A stretch of DNA of 63,148 nt, filler included, from Conidiobolus incongruus B7586 (GCA_000697335.1; 31 parts of 31 records of this genome joined end to end with filler, not necessarily neighbours in it), one strand, 5' to 3'. Shown: positions 13,261-27,949, counted from the first letter of the whole stretch. The notes: generated by a model not told the origin, from the sequence alone. A program made the numbers and translations.

Positions 13261-13499
13261 CATCTATGTTTAATTTCAATAAATGAAAATAGTAATTTTC
13301 AATGATCAAGTTCCATAAGTTATAAAACCATTATATTTATCAAGCAAATAAAGAAATATGGTTAAATTCAGATATAAAATATCAAAGTAATACTGCGAAT
13401 GATTCAATCAATATTTAATATATATTACCTTAGATTTAAAGAAATTTAAGATTTTTTAATATCTAATTTTTAAATATATTATTAGTTTCAAAAAATATT

Positions 13500-14227
13500 T
13501 GCAAAATAAGGAATAATATAATTTTAAACTCTATATATAAATATATAATAGCTTTTTTGATTAAAGAATAAATTTTTAAAATAAATAGTTCAATTTAATC
13601 ATATTTAAATCAAATAATAATTATCAAAAGTCTGGTATTTTAGTATTGGTAAAGCTTAACTATAAACCCTCTAAAATTATTTGAAAATTAAAAACAAATT
13701 TCAATAATAAAGTATTATATAGTTTAGGAATTTTTTATTATATAAATTATTTTAAAAATAAGAAAAAATAATTAAAATTTGTTAAACTTTATAAAGCTAA
13801 TTTTAATAATTATTTTTTTAATTATTAATAGAATTAAATATTTGAAAAAATATTATTTATTTTAATTAAAAAAGTATTAAACCATATTAATATTAATTAT
13901 ATAAGTATTCTATATATATTAAATTTAAGCTTAAATTAATAAATAAAAATATAAAATTAGTATTTTATAATTAAATTAAAACTTAATAAAACTACAATAG
14001 TTATTATTAATTATAATATATTAAATTATAACCAAAACCTAAGCTTTTTATAATAAATTATCATAATTAATAAAAGTTGTTTATTCTATATAATTGTCTA
14101 TTAAAATATAAATCAAGATATTAAAATAAATAAAATTAATCTCTTTTATAAATCATTTTAATAAATATTTTATTTATAAGTAAAAAATAATTATTATAAT
14201 AAAATATAATAATTTATGCTATTTTTA
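13500..14227 (+). mobile_element. Degenerate mariner element, 5' part
   Basis: Colinear with the copies at 18215-18938, 30285-30960 and 62021-62740. Boundaries are approximate. Confidence 0.75.
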
Positions 14228-14399
14228 NNNNNNNNNNNNNNNNNNNNNNNNNNNNNNNNNNNNNNNNNNNNTTAATTAATTAANNNNNNNNNNNNNNNNN
14301 NNNNNNNNNNNNNNNNNNNNNNNNNNNATAAAAAGTTTAAATGATTATTTATAAATTAAATAATAACAATTAATATTAATTTAAAATTAAAATATATTT

Positions 14400-15510
14400 T
14401 ATATATAATATTTAAAAATAAAAATATATTATAAATTTAATTGTTTTTGTTATCATTAATAACTTTTTGCGATATTTTTAGCAAACTTTCAATACTAAAA
14501 ACCTATTTTATTTTATTAAAAATGGATATTTAATATTTCACAAATAAATAAATTTTTTTGCAAATATATTTATTTTTGCAAGCTGGTTTTTTAATTACCT
14601 AAAGCAATTATAATCATATAGGTTAAAGTCTAAAGAATATACTAATTATGGTAGATTTCTTCAGTAATTTTTAATAAAATAATATTTACAGCTTTAGATT
14701 TATATATTTTAAAATTATTATGCAAAATAATAAATTTTTATAAAAATGCTTTAAAACATTAATTAAGAATAGTTTTTTAAAAAAAACAATATAAAGCTTA
14801 CTAATTCTTTATTTTTCTTCAGGAACTGAATAAATAAAAAATATAAAATTTTATTCCATTATAATTATTAATATTTATTTTTAATAAAATAATTAGTTAA
14901 AGGAATTTGTATAAAAGGTTATTTAGTATAATTTAGCTCTTTGATTTGTGTTTTAGTAAAGGATTATATATAAGGATTTAAAATTTATCAAATTCAATTT
15001 TTTTTGCAAAAGATTTGGTTTCTAGAAATACTTTATTAAGTTTTGTTTAATAACAGCGATTTTAGCTTTTTTATAATTTTTAATTAAATTTAATGATTTT
15101 TATTTTATATTATTATTGATTAATTTAAGTTTGAATTTTAAAATATATATATATAATACTTATAAAACTAATATTAAAGTTTTTAGATAATTTTTAGGAA
15201 TAAATAATAAGGTATATTTCAATATATTTTTCATTTTATTAATAATTAAAAAATATTGATATCAATTTATTTATTTTCAACAAGTTTTAGATACCTTTTC
15301 TCTTAGCCTTAAAGTCATTTACCTCGCAATAAATTATTAATTTAGAATATATTTTATTATGAGAAAGTTGTTTACAAATTTTATATAATTATGAAGAATT
15401 TATGGTTATTTTATTGATACCATATTAAAAGATTCTTGATAATCACTATATGGTTTAAGCAAGATTAAATTAAATAATTAATTTTAAAAAAAATATTTTT
15501 AATCAAAATA
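14400..15510 (-). mobile_element. Degenerate mariner element
   Basis: Reverse-complement homolog of the mariner family. Relics of the YSPD.NP.DY and W.KVI motifs lie at ~14460-14650. Confidence 0.8.
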
Positions 15511-15610
15511 NNNNNNNNNNNNNNNNNNNNNNNNNNNNNNNNNNNNNNNNNNNNTTAATTAATTAANNNNNNNNNNNNNNNNNNNNNNNNNNNNNNNNNN
15601 NNNNNNNNNN

Positions 15611-16791
15611 TAAATCAATTTATGTTATTATTAAAATTACTAGTGTTAATTAATTTATTATAATTAAGGTTATTAAGAATAATAATAAAAACATATTTAA
15701 ACCTAAACTTAAGTATATTAAAATTATAAATAATTAAAATAAGAAGTATATTTATAAGTTAATTAATATAAGTAAATATAATACTATTATAAAAATATAA
15801 GAAGAATTATAAAACTATATAAATATATTAATTAATATTAACATTATTATATATACTTTATATTAATATAAATATAATTTATATTTTAAAAAAAACACCT
15901 CTAATTAAAAAAATCTTATTATAAAACTAAGTAAAAGTTTAAATATTATTATTATTATTAAATTAAAACTAATTAAAGTAAAGTTAATTAATTTAATAAA
16001 ACAAAAATATATTTTAATATATCTAATAAAAAAGCTAGATATTTTAAAAAAATATAAAATTATTTTTAATTATTATATTAATTTTACCCAAAAATATAAT
16101 AATAAGTTAATTATTATTTAAGAATATATATTATCTTTAGATATAAAATATCTTTATAAAATTAATAACAGAATTAATATTAAAATATACTAAAATATTT
16201 TAAATAATAAATTGAAAAAAACCATTGAATAATATAAGTTAAACAAATTTAATATTATTTTATAATAAAATAATAATTTTTGTTATATTATAGCTTTTAT
16301 TACCAAATAGTTTAAGAATAATAAAATAATAGTTATCAAATAGCTTCTTTAATTTTTTAACTTTAACTTAATTAAATATCTTTAGGATTAGTTAAAAAAA
16401 TTGTTAAAATTTTCCCTATATTAAAAAACTTAAATTAATTTTAAAAATATATTTAAGAAGCATAAAACAAAACTAACTTTTTTTAATATAAAAAGTTAAT
16501 TGATTTTATACCCTATAAACTTAAAAAAGTTAAAAAAGTTAAAAGTAGATATACTAAGTTTTAATTTTTTTTATTATCAAAAACCTATAAATTTATAGCT
16601 TATTTTAAGTAAAACTTAAAGGTTAATATTATAACTAGTTAATAATTAAATATTATTATTAAATAATTTATATTATTAATAAATATATATAATTTTAATT
16701 ATTCAATTTAAATTAATTTATTAAATACTAATTAAGTTATTATAATAATATAAATATTTTTGATTTTATAACTTATTTTTATAAATTAATA
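15611..16791 (+). mobile_element. Degenerate Tc1 copy, 5'-truncated by gap
   Basis: Colinear with 85-1658 and ends in the right TIR tgattttataacttatttttataaattaata. Confidence 0.88.
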
Positions 16792-16913
16792 TATTTTTAA
16801 AATTATAACTTATNNNNNNNNNNNNNNNNNNNNNNNNNNNNNNNNNNNNNNNNNNNNTTAATTAATTAANNNNNNNNNNNNNNNNNNNNNNNNNNNNNNN
16901 NNNNNNNNNNNNN

Positions 16914-17914
16914 ATTATAGTTAGGGTTATTAAAAATAACAATAAAGATATATTTAAACATAAACTTAAATATGTTAAAATTATAAATAAATATGATAAA
17001 AAGTATATTTATAAGTTAATTAATATAAACAGATATAGTATTAATTTAAAAATAAAACAAAAATTATAAAATTATATAAGAAAATTAGTTAATACTAATA
17101 CTATAGTATATATTTTATATTGATATTAATATCATTTATATCTTAAGAAAAAACACCTTTAATAAAAAAAATCCTATTACAAAATTAAGTAAGAATTTAA
17201 ATGTCATTATTAATATTAAACCAAAACTAATTAGAGTAAGGTTATTTAATTAAATAAAATAAAAATATATTTTAATAAATTTGATAAAAAAGATAGATAC
17301 TTTAAAAAAGTTATAAAATTACTTTGTAACCATTATATTAATTCTATTTATAAATATAATTATAAGTCAATTATTGTTTAAAAATATATATTATCTTTTT
17401 ATGTAAAATATTATTATAAAGTTAATAAAGGAATTAATACTGAGATTTAATAATATATTTAAAAAAATAAATCAAAAAAACCATTAAATAATATAATTTA
17501 AATAAATCTGATGTTATTTTCTTACAAGATAATGCTTTTTGTAATACTATAGCTTTTATTACTTAATGGCTTAAAAATAACAAAATAATAGTTATGAAGT
17601 AGCTTTCTTAATTTCTTAATTTTAACTTAATTAAATATTTTTAAAATTAGTTAAAAAAAGCTATTAAAGCTTTCCCCTTAATAAAAAATTTAAATTAGCT
17701 TTGGGAATATATTCAAGAGATATAAAACAAGATTAACCCTTTTTAATATAAGTAGTTAATTCTATATCTTATATACTTAAAGAAGTTAGAAAAGCTAAAG
17801 ATAGATATACTAGGTTTTAATATTTTTTTATCATCAAAAATTTACTAATTTTTAACTTAGTTTAGATAAAATTTAAGAGTTGATATTTTAACAATTATTA
17901 GCTAAATATTATTA
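16914..17914 (+). mobile_element. Degenerate Tc1 copy, internal part
   Basis: Retains CAA GAT AAT GCT (QDNA) at ~17525 and the aagaaaaaacacc (KKKHP) landmark. Confidence 0.88.
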
Positions 17915-18214
17915 NNNNNNNNNNNNNNNNNNNNNNNNNNNNNNNNNNNNNNNNNNNNTTAATTAATTAANNNNNNNNNNNNNNNNNNNNNNNNNNNNNN
18001 NNNNNNNNNNNNNNAATAATAGTTAAATTATATAATATTGAGTTTAAATTTTATATATTATATTTATATAATTATTATTAAATTACTAAAAAAAATTTTT
18101 AATATATTTTATATTTTATTAATAAAAAAATATAATATTATCTTAAAATCAAAAAATGGGAAATTTTTTAATTTTTAATTTTTCAAACATATTATTAATT
18201 TCAAATAAAAAAAT

Positions 18215-19825
18215 ATATACAAAACAAATAAGAAAATAAATAATTTTGAATTATATATATATAATAATTTTTTTGATTAAAAAATTTATTTTTTAAAATT
18301 AATTATTTAATTTAATTATACTTAAACTAAATAATAACCATCAAAAGTTTTTTATTTTAGTATTAGTAAAACTTAACTACTAACCCTTTAAAATTATTTA
18401 AAATTTACAAGTAACTTTTAATAATAAAATATTATCTAAATCAGCAATTTATTGCTAGGTAAATTATTTTAAAGCTAAAAAAAAACTACCTAAAACCTAC
18501 TAAAATCTAAAAAATTAATTTTAACTATTACTTTTTTAATTATTAATAAAATAAAAAATTATATTGAAAAATACTTTTTTATTTCAACTAAAGAATTATC
18601 AAGACACTATAATATTAGTTACATAAGTATTTTATATATATTAAAGTTTAAAATAAAATTAATTAATAAAAATATAAAATAAATACCTTATAATTTAACT
18701 AAAGCTTAAAAAAAGCTAAAGTAGTTATTATTAAATAAAACTTACTAAGATATAACTAGAAACTAAAGCTTTTACAATAAATTATTATAATTAATAAATC
18801 TTAAATTTTGTTGTATAATCTTTTACTAAAACATAAATCAAAGTGTTAGATTAAGTTAAATCAACCCCTTTTATAAATTTTTTTAAATAAATACTTTATT
18901 AATAAGTGAATGTTAATTATTATAATAAATTATAATAGTGATAAAGAATAATCTTGTTAATTACTTAAGAAACTCCAATTACTATAGGATTCAAGAAGTC
19001 ACATTAGAGATATTATACCCTATAAACTAGTTGATCCTATTATTTTCTACCTGTAAGTTATTTATATCCACAAAAATCAACAATAGAACCTAATATAAGA
19101 TTATCATAAGTAAACTAATAAACACATCTTTTATCTTTATTTTCAAAAGTATACTGTTTCTAAGTTTTTCTCATAACTTTCACAAAAGTATTGAGTTGTA
19201 ACAAGTGTGAGATATTTACTTTATTCAAAGAACTTAATTTGTAACAAGTTATTTTCACCTACTTTAATAAACCCTAATAATTTCCTTTAATTACATAGTA
19301 ATTTATTATTTACCACTGGTGATTTTTTGTTTAAGCTTGTAAAACCTATTGTTGTTAATGTTAACACCTAACAATAGCATATGTTATTCTTATTTAGTAT
19401 TTAAAAAAAATCAATTAATAGTAAATATTATATTTCTTTTTTAAATAAAACTATTTTTAATTAGTATTTATAATATAATTTGAGAAAACTTATTATTTTG
19501 AATGATAGTTATAAAATACATAAATTTAAAATTGTAAAAAACTTTATAATTAAAAATAACTAGAAAAAACTACTATATTTACTATATTCTTTATATTATA
19601 ACTTATATAATTATAATTACTTTAAGCAATTAAAAAACTAGTTTATAGGAAAGAAAATTTCTGTAGAAAAATTTAATTGGTTTGTGAAATATTAAATTTT
19701 AGTCTTTAATAAAAAGAATTATTTTTTAGATATTAGATTTTTACTAAAAGTATAGCAAAAAGTTATTAGAAATAAAAAAAATCATTAATTTTATATTATA
19801 TATTTATTTTTATTTTTTATATATT
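18215..19825 (+). mobile_element. Near full-length degenerate mariner (DD34D) interrupted by a solo LTR
   Basis: HTH relic LSKSAIY.W...FK, linker TAA ATA CCT TAT AAT TTA (W-I/V-P-H-N-L, 18680-18697, WVPHEL-like) and C-terminal LPKVWQKVI relic. Confidence 0.85.
18939..19373. mobile_element. Solo LTR (435 bp) inserted in mariner
   Basis: Begins TGATA and ends TAACA, with a perfect 4-bp TSD ATAG (18935-18938, 19374-19377). The uninterrupted site is seen in the mariner copy at ~30950-30970. Confidence 0.8.
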
Positions 19826-19949
19826 AAAATATTTATTTTATTTTAATCANNNNNNNNNNNNNNNNNNNNNNNNNNNNNNNNNNNNNNNNNNNNTTAATTA
19901 ATTAANNNNNNNNNNNNNNNNNNNNNNNNNNNNNNNNNNNNNNNNNNNN

Positions 19950-21359
19950 TAATTGATATATTAAAATTAAAAATATATTTAAAATGAGTTATAAATTTGC
20001 AAGTTTTAATATTAATAGAAAAATTAATATCTAATATATCCATCTTTTGCTTTTCTAACATCTTTAAGTTTATAAGGTATAAAGTCAACTAATTTCTTAT
20101 ATTAAGTAAAACTAATATTATTTTAAACTTCTTGAATATACTTTTAAAGTTAATTTAAATTTTTGTTAAAAGGAAAACCTTAATTAATATTTTTAATCAA
20201 TTGTAATAATATTTAATTAAATTAAGATTAAAAGATTAAGGAGGCTATTTTTTAATAGCTATTTTATTATTTTTAAGCTATATAATAATAGAATTTATAA
20301 TATAACAAAAGGTATTATTTTGTTGGATAATAATATTTGATTTATTTAACTTATATTATTTAATAGTTTTTTTCAATTTATTATTTAAAATACTTTAGTA
20401 TATTTTAGTATTAATCCCTTTAATTACCTTACAAAGATATCTTACACCTAAAGATAATATATATCCCTAAACTATAATTAACCTATCATTATATTTTGGG
20501 CTATAATAACATAATGGTTATAAAATTATTTTTTATTTTTTTGAAATATCTAGCTTTTTTATTAAATTTATTAAAATATATCTTTGTTTTATCAAACTAA
20601 ATAATTTTATTTAATTAATTTCAATTCAACTTTAATATTGATATTTAAACTCTTTCTTAACTTTATAGTAAGACTTTTTTAATTAAGGGTATTTTTCCTT
20701 AAAATATAAGTGATATTTATTTTAATATAAAATATATATAATAGTATTAGTACTAACCAATGTTCATATATAGTCTTATCATTCTTATTTTATTTTTATA
20801 ATAATATTATATTTACCTATACTAATTAATTTACAAATATACTTTTTATCATATCTATTTATAATTTTAATATGTTTAAATTTTAATTTAAGTGTTTTTT
20901 TTTAACATTATTCTTAATAACCCTAAATATAATAAATTAGCTAATATTAATAATTCTAGCAATCTTACAAATTGATTTATTTTCATTATATAGTTGATTA
21001 ATATATAAGTGAACTTTTTTAAAGAGAGATTTAAATATTATAATATTAATTTTAAAATATTATCTTAATAGTTTCATAATATATATAATATAACAAAAGA
21101 AAAAAAAGATATATATAAGTTTTGTTATTTATACCCCTTTAATATATAAACCTATAAACTTATGACTTATTTTGGTTAAATTTTAGGTTTTGATATATTA
21201 ACCAATAGCAAATGAAATATAATCATATATAGTTAGTTATAATCAACTAATATAGATAAATTATATATTTTAATTTAGATTTATTTAATTAAGAATTATT
21301 TAAGAAATAGGTAAATATATAAGTAATTTTGATTTTATGACTCATTTTTGTAGGCTAGT
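19950..21359 (-). mobile_element. Degenerate Tc1 copy, subfamily 2
   Basis: Ends in TIR gattttatgactcatttttgtaggctagt. Transposase relic is on the minus strand. Confidence 0.88.
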
Positions 21360-22552
21360 NNNNNNNNNNNNNNNNNNNNNNNNNNNNNNNNNNNNNNNNN
21401 NNNTTAATTAATTAANNNNNNNNNNNNNNNNNNNNNNNNNNNNNNNNNNNNNNNNNNNNAAATATTTGGAAATTGTTATTAATAATATAATTTATCATAT
21501 ATCAATTATTGCTTATATAATTTAATATCTAATTTATCTTATTAAGAATGATATTATAATTATATATAGATGATGAATATATGAAAAATATTTTTATATA
21601 TTTATTTTTATAAGTATTATTTGTTTTAAATACAATGGAATATTAATTAATATATTTTAAATTAATTAGAATTTAGAGTTAATAAATCAATCAAATATCC
21701 TAATAATTATATTATATATATATAATATTATAATTTAAAATATTTATAAAAGGTGTTCATAATTCATTATTGACCCAATATCAATTTCTAAATATTCTTT
21801 ATTTCCTTTACATCTGTTTTCAATATTGTAAAATAAATTTAAGTTTGAAATTTAACTAATAAGAATAGAATTAAGATATAACAAATCAATTTATTTAAAA
21901 TTAATTATTATATTATTTAATATAAGTATAATAAGATCTATATTATTATTTATATATATACCAAAAGCTATAAAATATAAAATATAAAATATATCAGACA
22001 ATATAATTATAAGCTTTTTTTCGATTTTTTAAATATATTTCTTTATTAAGTAATTGTAAATAATTGTTAATATATCAATACAATTTTTGTCTCATTTATT
22101 AATCATTTTGTAAATCATTAATTTATTAATTTTTAAAATTTCGAATTATAATTTATTTGTTTTCATTAACAAATTTATATATGATTAATATAATTAAATT
22201 ATAAGTTACTCAAGCTGAATATCAAAATCATGTTTAATTCTTAGTCTTGTAAATTCAGTTGTCAAAAATCATCTAATCTGAGTAAAATATCATTATTATT
22301 GAATTAAATGATCTCCAATTTTCAATATTAGAGAAAATTGAAAATAGTTTATCAGAATTCTTAATTAAAAATTATTTCTATTTATACCATTTCATATCAA
22401 AATCTGAGACATGCTATTTATCAATTTTATTATTTGAATCTGAATATTTTAATTGGTCACATTTATTATTATAATATAATTAAAATGAAGTACATATTAA
22501 AAATTTGTACTTTAACAATTGAACATACATACGAAAGTTATTTGATATATCT

Positions 22553-22888
22553 TATTTTGGTTCATTAGACAATAACCTGCCCAACAAACTTGACCTGGCA
22601 ACCTAGTACCTTATGAAAATATAATGCCTGAACACTGGTCACAACACTTCAAGATCTCATTTTCCTGAAAACCTAGTACACTTCTTTATACCACCTACGG
22701 CCGACGAATGGTCTACAAAAGAACCATTGTCTGGATATATTTTAATTATCATTTCTGATCTTTTGTAAAGCCTATTCAAATCTTAGCAAACCTTAATAAA
22801 TTGCCTTAGCCTATATTATCAAACAAATAAAGAGAAAATCCCTCCTTTCCTTATTATTAGCATAATATCGACAATCGTTAAGATCATA
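22553..22888 (+). mobile_element. Second, diverged copy of the 336-bp putative solo LTR family
   Basis: Aligns end to end with the reverse complement of 10574-10909 (e.g. tacacttcttt...ctacaaaagaaccattgtc versus tacacttcttt...ctataaaagatcctttgtc). No clear TSD. Confidence 0.55.
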
Positions 22889-23842
22889 TTATATATGAAT
22901 TTACACTATTCAAATCGATTGAAATATTTTACAAAGTAAATTATTAATATTACATTTGTCATTTGATTATCAAATAATCATATTAATAATGTCATGAAGC
23001 ATTTTTATAACTATTTAGAATTTATATTATTTATGTATTTCTGATATTTTTAATGAATATCTATCACTTATCGTTTTTAAATTATAATCTATTATAAATA
23101 AAACCAAATATTATATTTTTTTGAAAAATTTGTAAATTGTTAATCGGTAATTAATAATATAAACCCTAAATAATTTAAATTTAAAAATAATTTTTCGACT
23201 ATATTTAGCAAAAATAAAATATATATTATTAATTAAAATATCATAATATTAATATAAACTATTCATATTAGGTGTTTTTAGCTATTTATTCTAATTCAAA
23301 ATAACTTTGATTATATATTAAAATTCAAATACCAAATTTCAAGGAAATAAACAATATAATAAAATATATATTAATATTAATTTCTAATATATTAAAATAT
23401 ATATAACCATTTAATAACAATATATTCATATTTTAAGCTTTTATTAATTACTAATTAAAAAATAAATATATAATTCTTATTTTTTTATTCAAATTATTTT
23501 GTATTAGGTTATTATTATATAATAATTTTTTTATATAAAAAAATTTCATTATATTATTTTTATCTTATTATTATTTTAATTTTAATAAATAGGTTTTTTG
23601 AAATATATTAAAATTTAAAAAATAATATTTATTACAATAATATATATTTTAATTATTATATATTAATATAATTTGAAATATGAGTTTATTAATATATTTG
23701 ATTAGATCAAAATTAAATTATATTAATTATATTAAAAAATTANNNNNNNNNNNNNNNNNNNNNNNNNNNNNNNNNNNNNNNNNNNNTTAATTAATTAANN
23801 NNNNNNNNNNNNNNNNNNNNNNNNNNNNNNNNNNNNNNNNNN

Positions 23843-25158
23843 CATTAAAAATATATTATTTTAATTTTAGTTTTTATTCTTTAAAATTTATTAGGGAGAA
23901 GTAATATAACAATATTAATAAAATATTCCTATTTATTCTTTTTAAATATTACTAGGTTATTAATAAATAAGAAAATATAATATTAATGAGTTATTTTTAT
24001 ATTAGTGATTTACTCTATTTATTTGATAAAATAACTAGTTTTTGTTGCTCTTAATTAAAACTATACTAATAATTAAATGTTTTATAAATATTAATTAAAA
24101 TTTTGTTTGTATAATTTCCTAAATAATTTTTATAAAAGTTTATCTTTTATAGCTAAGTTTTTTATATTTGTTTTTTTTATTATATAAAATATTATTTATA
24201 TAAAGTTTATTTTTAGTTTAATTTAATTATATTAAATTTCATTTTATAGTTGTTATTTTTTAACTACTTTTATTAACTATAATAAGTTAAATATTGCTAT
24301 TGGAAATAATAAATTTTTTTGTTTAACTATTAATAATAAATCATGTTATTTTATTCTTAAGGATAAATTAATGGTTTTTTAAACCTTTTGTTAAATTTTT
24401 TCTTTAAGTTTAATATTTTCTTAAAAATAATAGAAAATATTCCTTTTATTTTAAAGGGATTTTAAGTACTTTATTAGATTACTTATAATTTAATAAAATT
24501 TGAGTGTTAGAAAGATATAAGTTTAACTAATTGTAAAATATTATTAATTTTCATTATCTTTACTTTTCTAGTAAAATCCTTCTATTAACATTATTAGAGA
24601 AGCTTATTAAACTTAATAATTAACTTCTTTAAATATTATTTTATAACTTATTTTAGTTTTTTTTACTAATATTAATATTTTATAATTAGAAAAAATATTA
24701 AAGGATACCTTTTAAATAATTAACATACTTATTATTTAGTGTTTATTTTTATATAAGAATTTATTTTTAAAGGAATAGAAGATGGATTTTTAATTTATTA
24801 TGTTATTCTTAATAAGTAGTAATAAAATTCCTTTATATCTTTAATATTCTATTAAATAACTTTAATATATTAATTTAATAATATTTTTAATTTTTATTAT
24901 TAAAGAATTATTTCATAATTTGGTTAGAAAAATATTTTTAAATAGTTTGTAAATTTTAATAAATTTATTTTTGAATATAGTTTTATTGGTAGGTTAAAAG
25001 TTTAAATATAACTACTAATATAATATTATTTATTAGAATTATTTTATTATAAGTTACTTAATTAATATTAGTTAATCAGTTTTTTAATTCTTTAATATTT
25101 AATAAAAACTTCTTTAATTTATTAAATTAATAGTTAAAGTTATTTATAAGTTAATAAC
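23843..25158 (-). mobile_element. Possible transition-mutated retroelement (gag-like) relic
   Basis: CpG-free and TpA-rich like the other TE relics. One long minus-strand frame is broken only by TAA/TAG. No diagnostic motif was recognised. Confidence 0.25.
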
Positions 25159-26390
25159 NNNNNNNNNNNNNNNNNNNNNNNNNNNNNNNNNNNNNNNNNN
25201 NNTTAATTAATTAANNNNNNNNNNNNNNNNNNNNNNNNNNNNNNNNNNNNNNNNNNNNATATTTGATTAATAAAGTATTTTTAAAAATACATAATTATAT
25301 ATTAATAATTAATAATATTTTTTATTTCATACTTAAATATTTTGATTTAATCAAATAATTTTAAAAAATTAATTTTAAATTTCAAGGAAAATATTTTGAT
25401 TATAAACCATAATATGAAACCTTTTACTAAAAAATTTAATATTTACTTCAAAATAAACGCTACGATTAATGTTGAAATTTTGAATTATAATTATTTAATT
25501 ATTTTGTAAAAATATAATTATAATTTAATTTAGAATTATTATATATCACTTATTATAACTCATATTACTTTTATATAACTTTAAATTATCAATTTTATAT
25601 TTTATTAACTCATTTTTATTCAATCCATAAAAAATCTAACAAACCAATCAATTTATAAACAATATTATCTATATTGAAGCTATATAAATAATTAATATAA
25701 TAAAAGTTACATGTTCTATAACAAGCTAATATATTTTACTATTATTCAAATTTAATTATCATATTATATTAATGTTTAACTAAATTTTATATAAATATGC
25801 TTGTTAATATTATCATTATTTTTAGCTATTATAATTTTATTATTATTTTTATTATTTCAAATATATTTTTTTTAGAAAAATACTTAACTAAATATATTTT
25901 TAAATAATTTAATCCTAAGATTATTTAATATTATATTTCATTATCTAATGATTTTATTTATTAATTATATTTTGAATAATAGCTTTATCCAATTAATAAT
26001 AATTTTAAAATTTGGTTAATATTATTTATAAAATGTGGTTTTAAATTTCAAAATAATATTTAAAAACATTAATATATTCTTTTTATATATTAAAAAAAAT
26101 ATTAGAATTATTGGCATAAGTTTTATTTTAACTTATTATCAAACTATGATATAATTAATTTATAATGTTAATATATATAAAAATAATTAATAATAGAAAT
26201 CAATATAAAAATTAATTAAACACCATTCAAATTTATTATTATAATCATTTAATTATTATTTATACCTTATAACCAATTTTTATTAACATTATTAAAATTA
26301 TATCTAAAGTGTTTTTTATAAACCTTCCTTAGTTAATTTACAAAAAATTTTAAACTCATAAATTAAAATATAAATATTATTGTTAATATA

Positions 26391-27949
26391 CACTAGCCTA
26401 CAAAAGTAAGTCATAAAATTACAAATATATACATTTCTATTAATATTTTAATCAATTCTAATTAAAATATACTTATATTAAACTATTTAATTAATATATA
26501 TTTTTTATTTATAATATAATATATATACTAAAATTAAATCAATTATTAATTGATATATTAACACTAAAACTATACTTAAGTAGAGTTATAAATTTGCAAG
26601 TTTTAGTATTGATAGAAAATTTAATATCTAGTATATTCACCTTTTGTTTTTCTAACTTCTTTAAGGTTATAGGGTATAAAGTCAACTAACTTTTTATATT
26701 AAGCAAAACTAATATTATTTCAAGCTTCTTAAATAAACTCTTAAAGTTGATTTTAATTTTTTACTAATGGGAAAGCTTTAATTGATTTATTTAATTGATC
26801 CTAAAGATGTTTAATTGGGTTAAAATTAAAAGATTTTGAAGGTTATTTTATAATAGTTAATTTGTTATTTTTAAACCATTTAAAAGTAGAATTTGTAGTA
26901 TAATAAGGTGCATTAACTTGTTAAAAAATAATATTTAATTTTATTAATCTCTTTTACTTAATAGTTTTTTCAATTTATTATTTAAAATACTTTAATATAT
27001 TTTAGTATTAATTCCCCTATTAACTTTACAAAGATACCCTACACCTAAAGATAATATACATCCTGAAATTATAATTAACCTAAAATTGTTTTTTTAGGTT
27101 ATAATAACATAAAAGTTATAAAGTAATTCTTTTTTTTTTAAAACATCTATCTTTTCTAATTTAAATCTATTAAAATATATTTTAGTTTCATTAAACTAAA
27201 TAACCTTACTCTAGTTAATTTTAGTTTAACTTAAGTATTAACATTTAAACTCCCACTTAACTTTATAATTAGACTTGTTTAGTTAAGGGTGTTTTTTCTT
27301 AAAATGTAAGTGGTAGCTATTTTAACATAAAGTATATATAATAGTATTAGTACTAACTAATATTCTTCTATAGTTTTATAATTCTTGTTGTACTTCTATT
27401 ATAGTATTATATTTACCTATATTAATTAATCTACATATATACTTTTTTCATTTTTATCTATAATTTTTATATACTTAAGTTTTAGTTTAAGTGTTTCTTT
27501 AACATTGTTCTTAATAACCATAACTATAATAAATTAACTAACACTAGTAATTTTAGCAATCTCACAAGTTGATTTATTTTTATTATTAATTAATATATTA
27601 GTGAACTTTTTTAAAGAGAGCTTTAAACATTATAATATTAATTAAAATATTAGCTTAATAGTGTTTTAATATATATAATACAACAAAAGAAAAAGAAGAT
27701 ATATATAGGTTTTGTTATTTATACCCTTTTAACTTATAAACTTGTAAATTTATAACTCATCTTACTTAAATTTTAGGTTTTAATATATTAACCAATAGCT
27801 ATTGTAATTTGATCAATATATTTAGTTATAATCAATTAATATTGGTGAATTATATATTTTAATCTATATTTATTTAATTAGGAATTGTTTAAGATATAAA
27901 TAAATATTTAAGTAATTTTGATTTTATTGCTTACTTTTGTAGGATAGTG
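26391..27949 (-). mobile_element. Full-length degenerate Tc1, subfamily 2
   Basis: TA-cactagcctacaaaagtaagtcataaaat ... attttattgcttacttttgtaggatagtg. Retains AAC CCA ATT (NPI) at ~26813-26821. Confidence 0.92.

Noticed and set aside
26391..26395. CACTA termini suggesting a CACTA/EnSpm transposon
   Set aside because: TA target site, ~1.57 kb length and a DD34E transposase identify it as Tc1.
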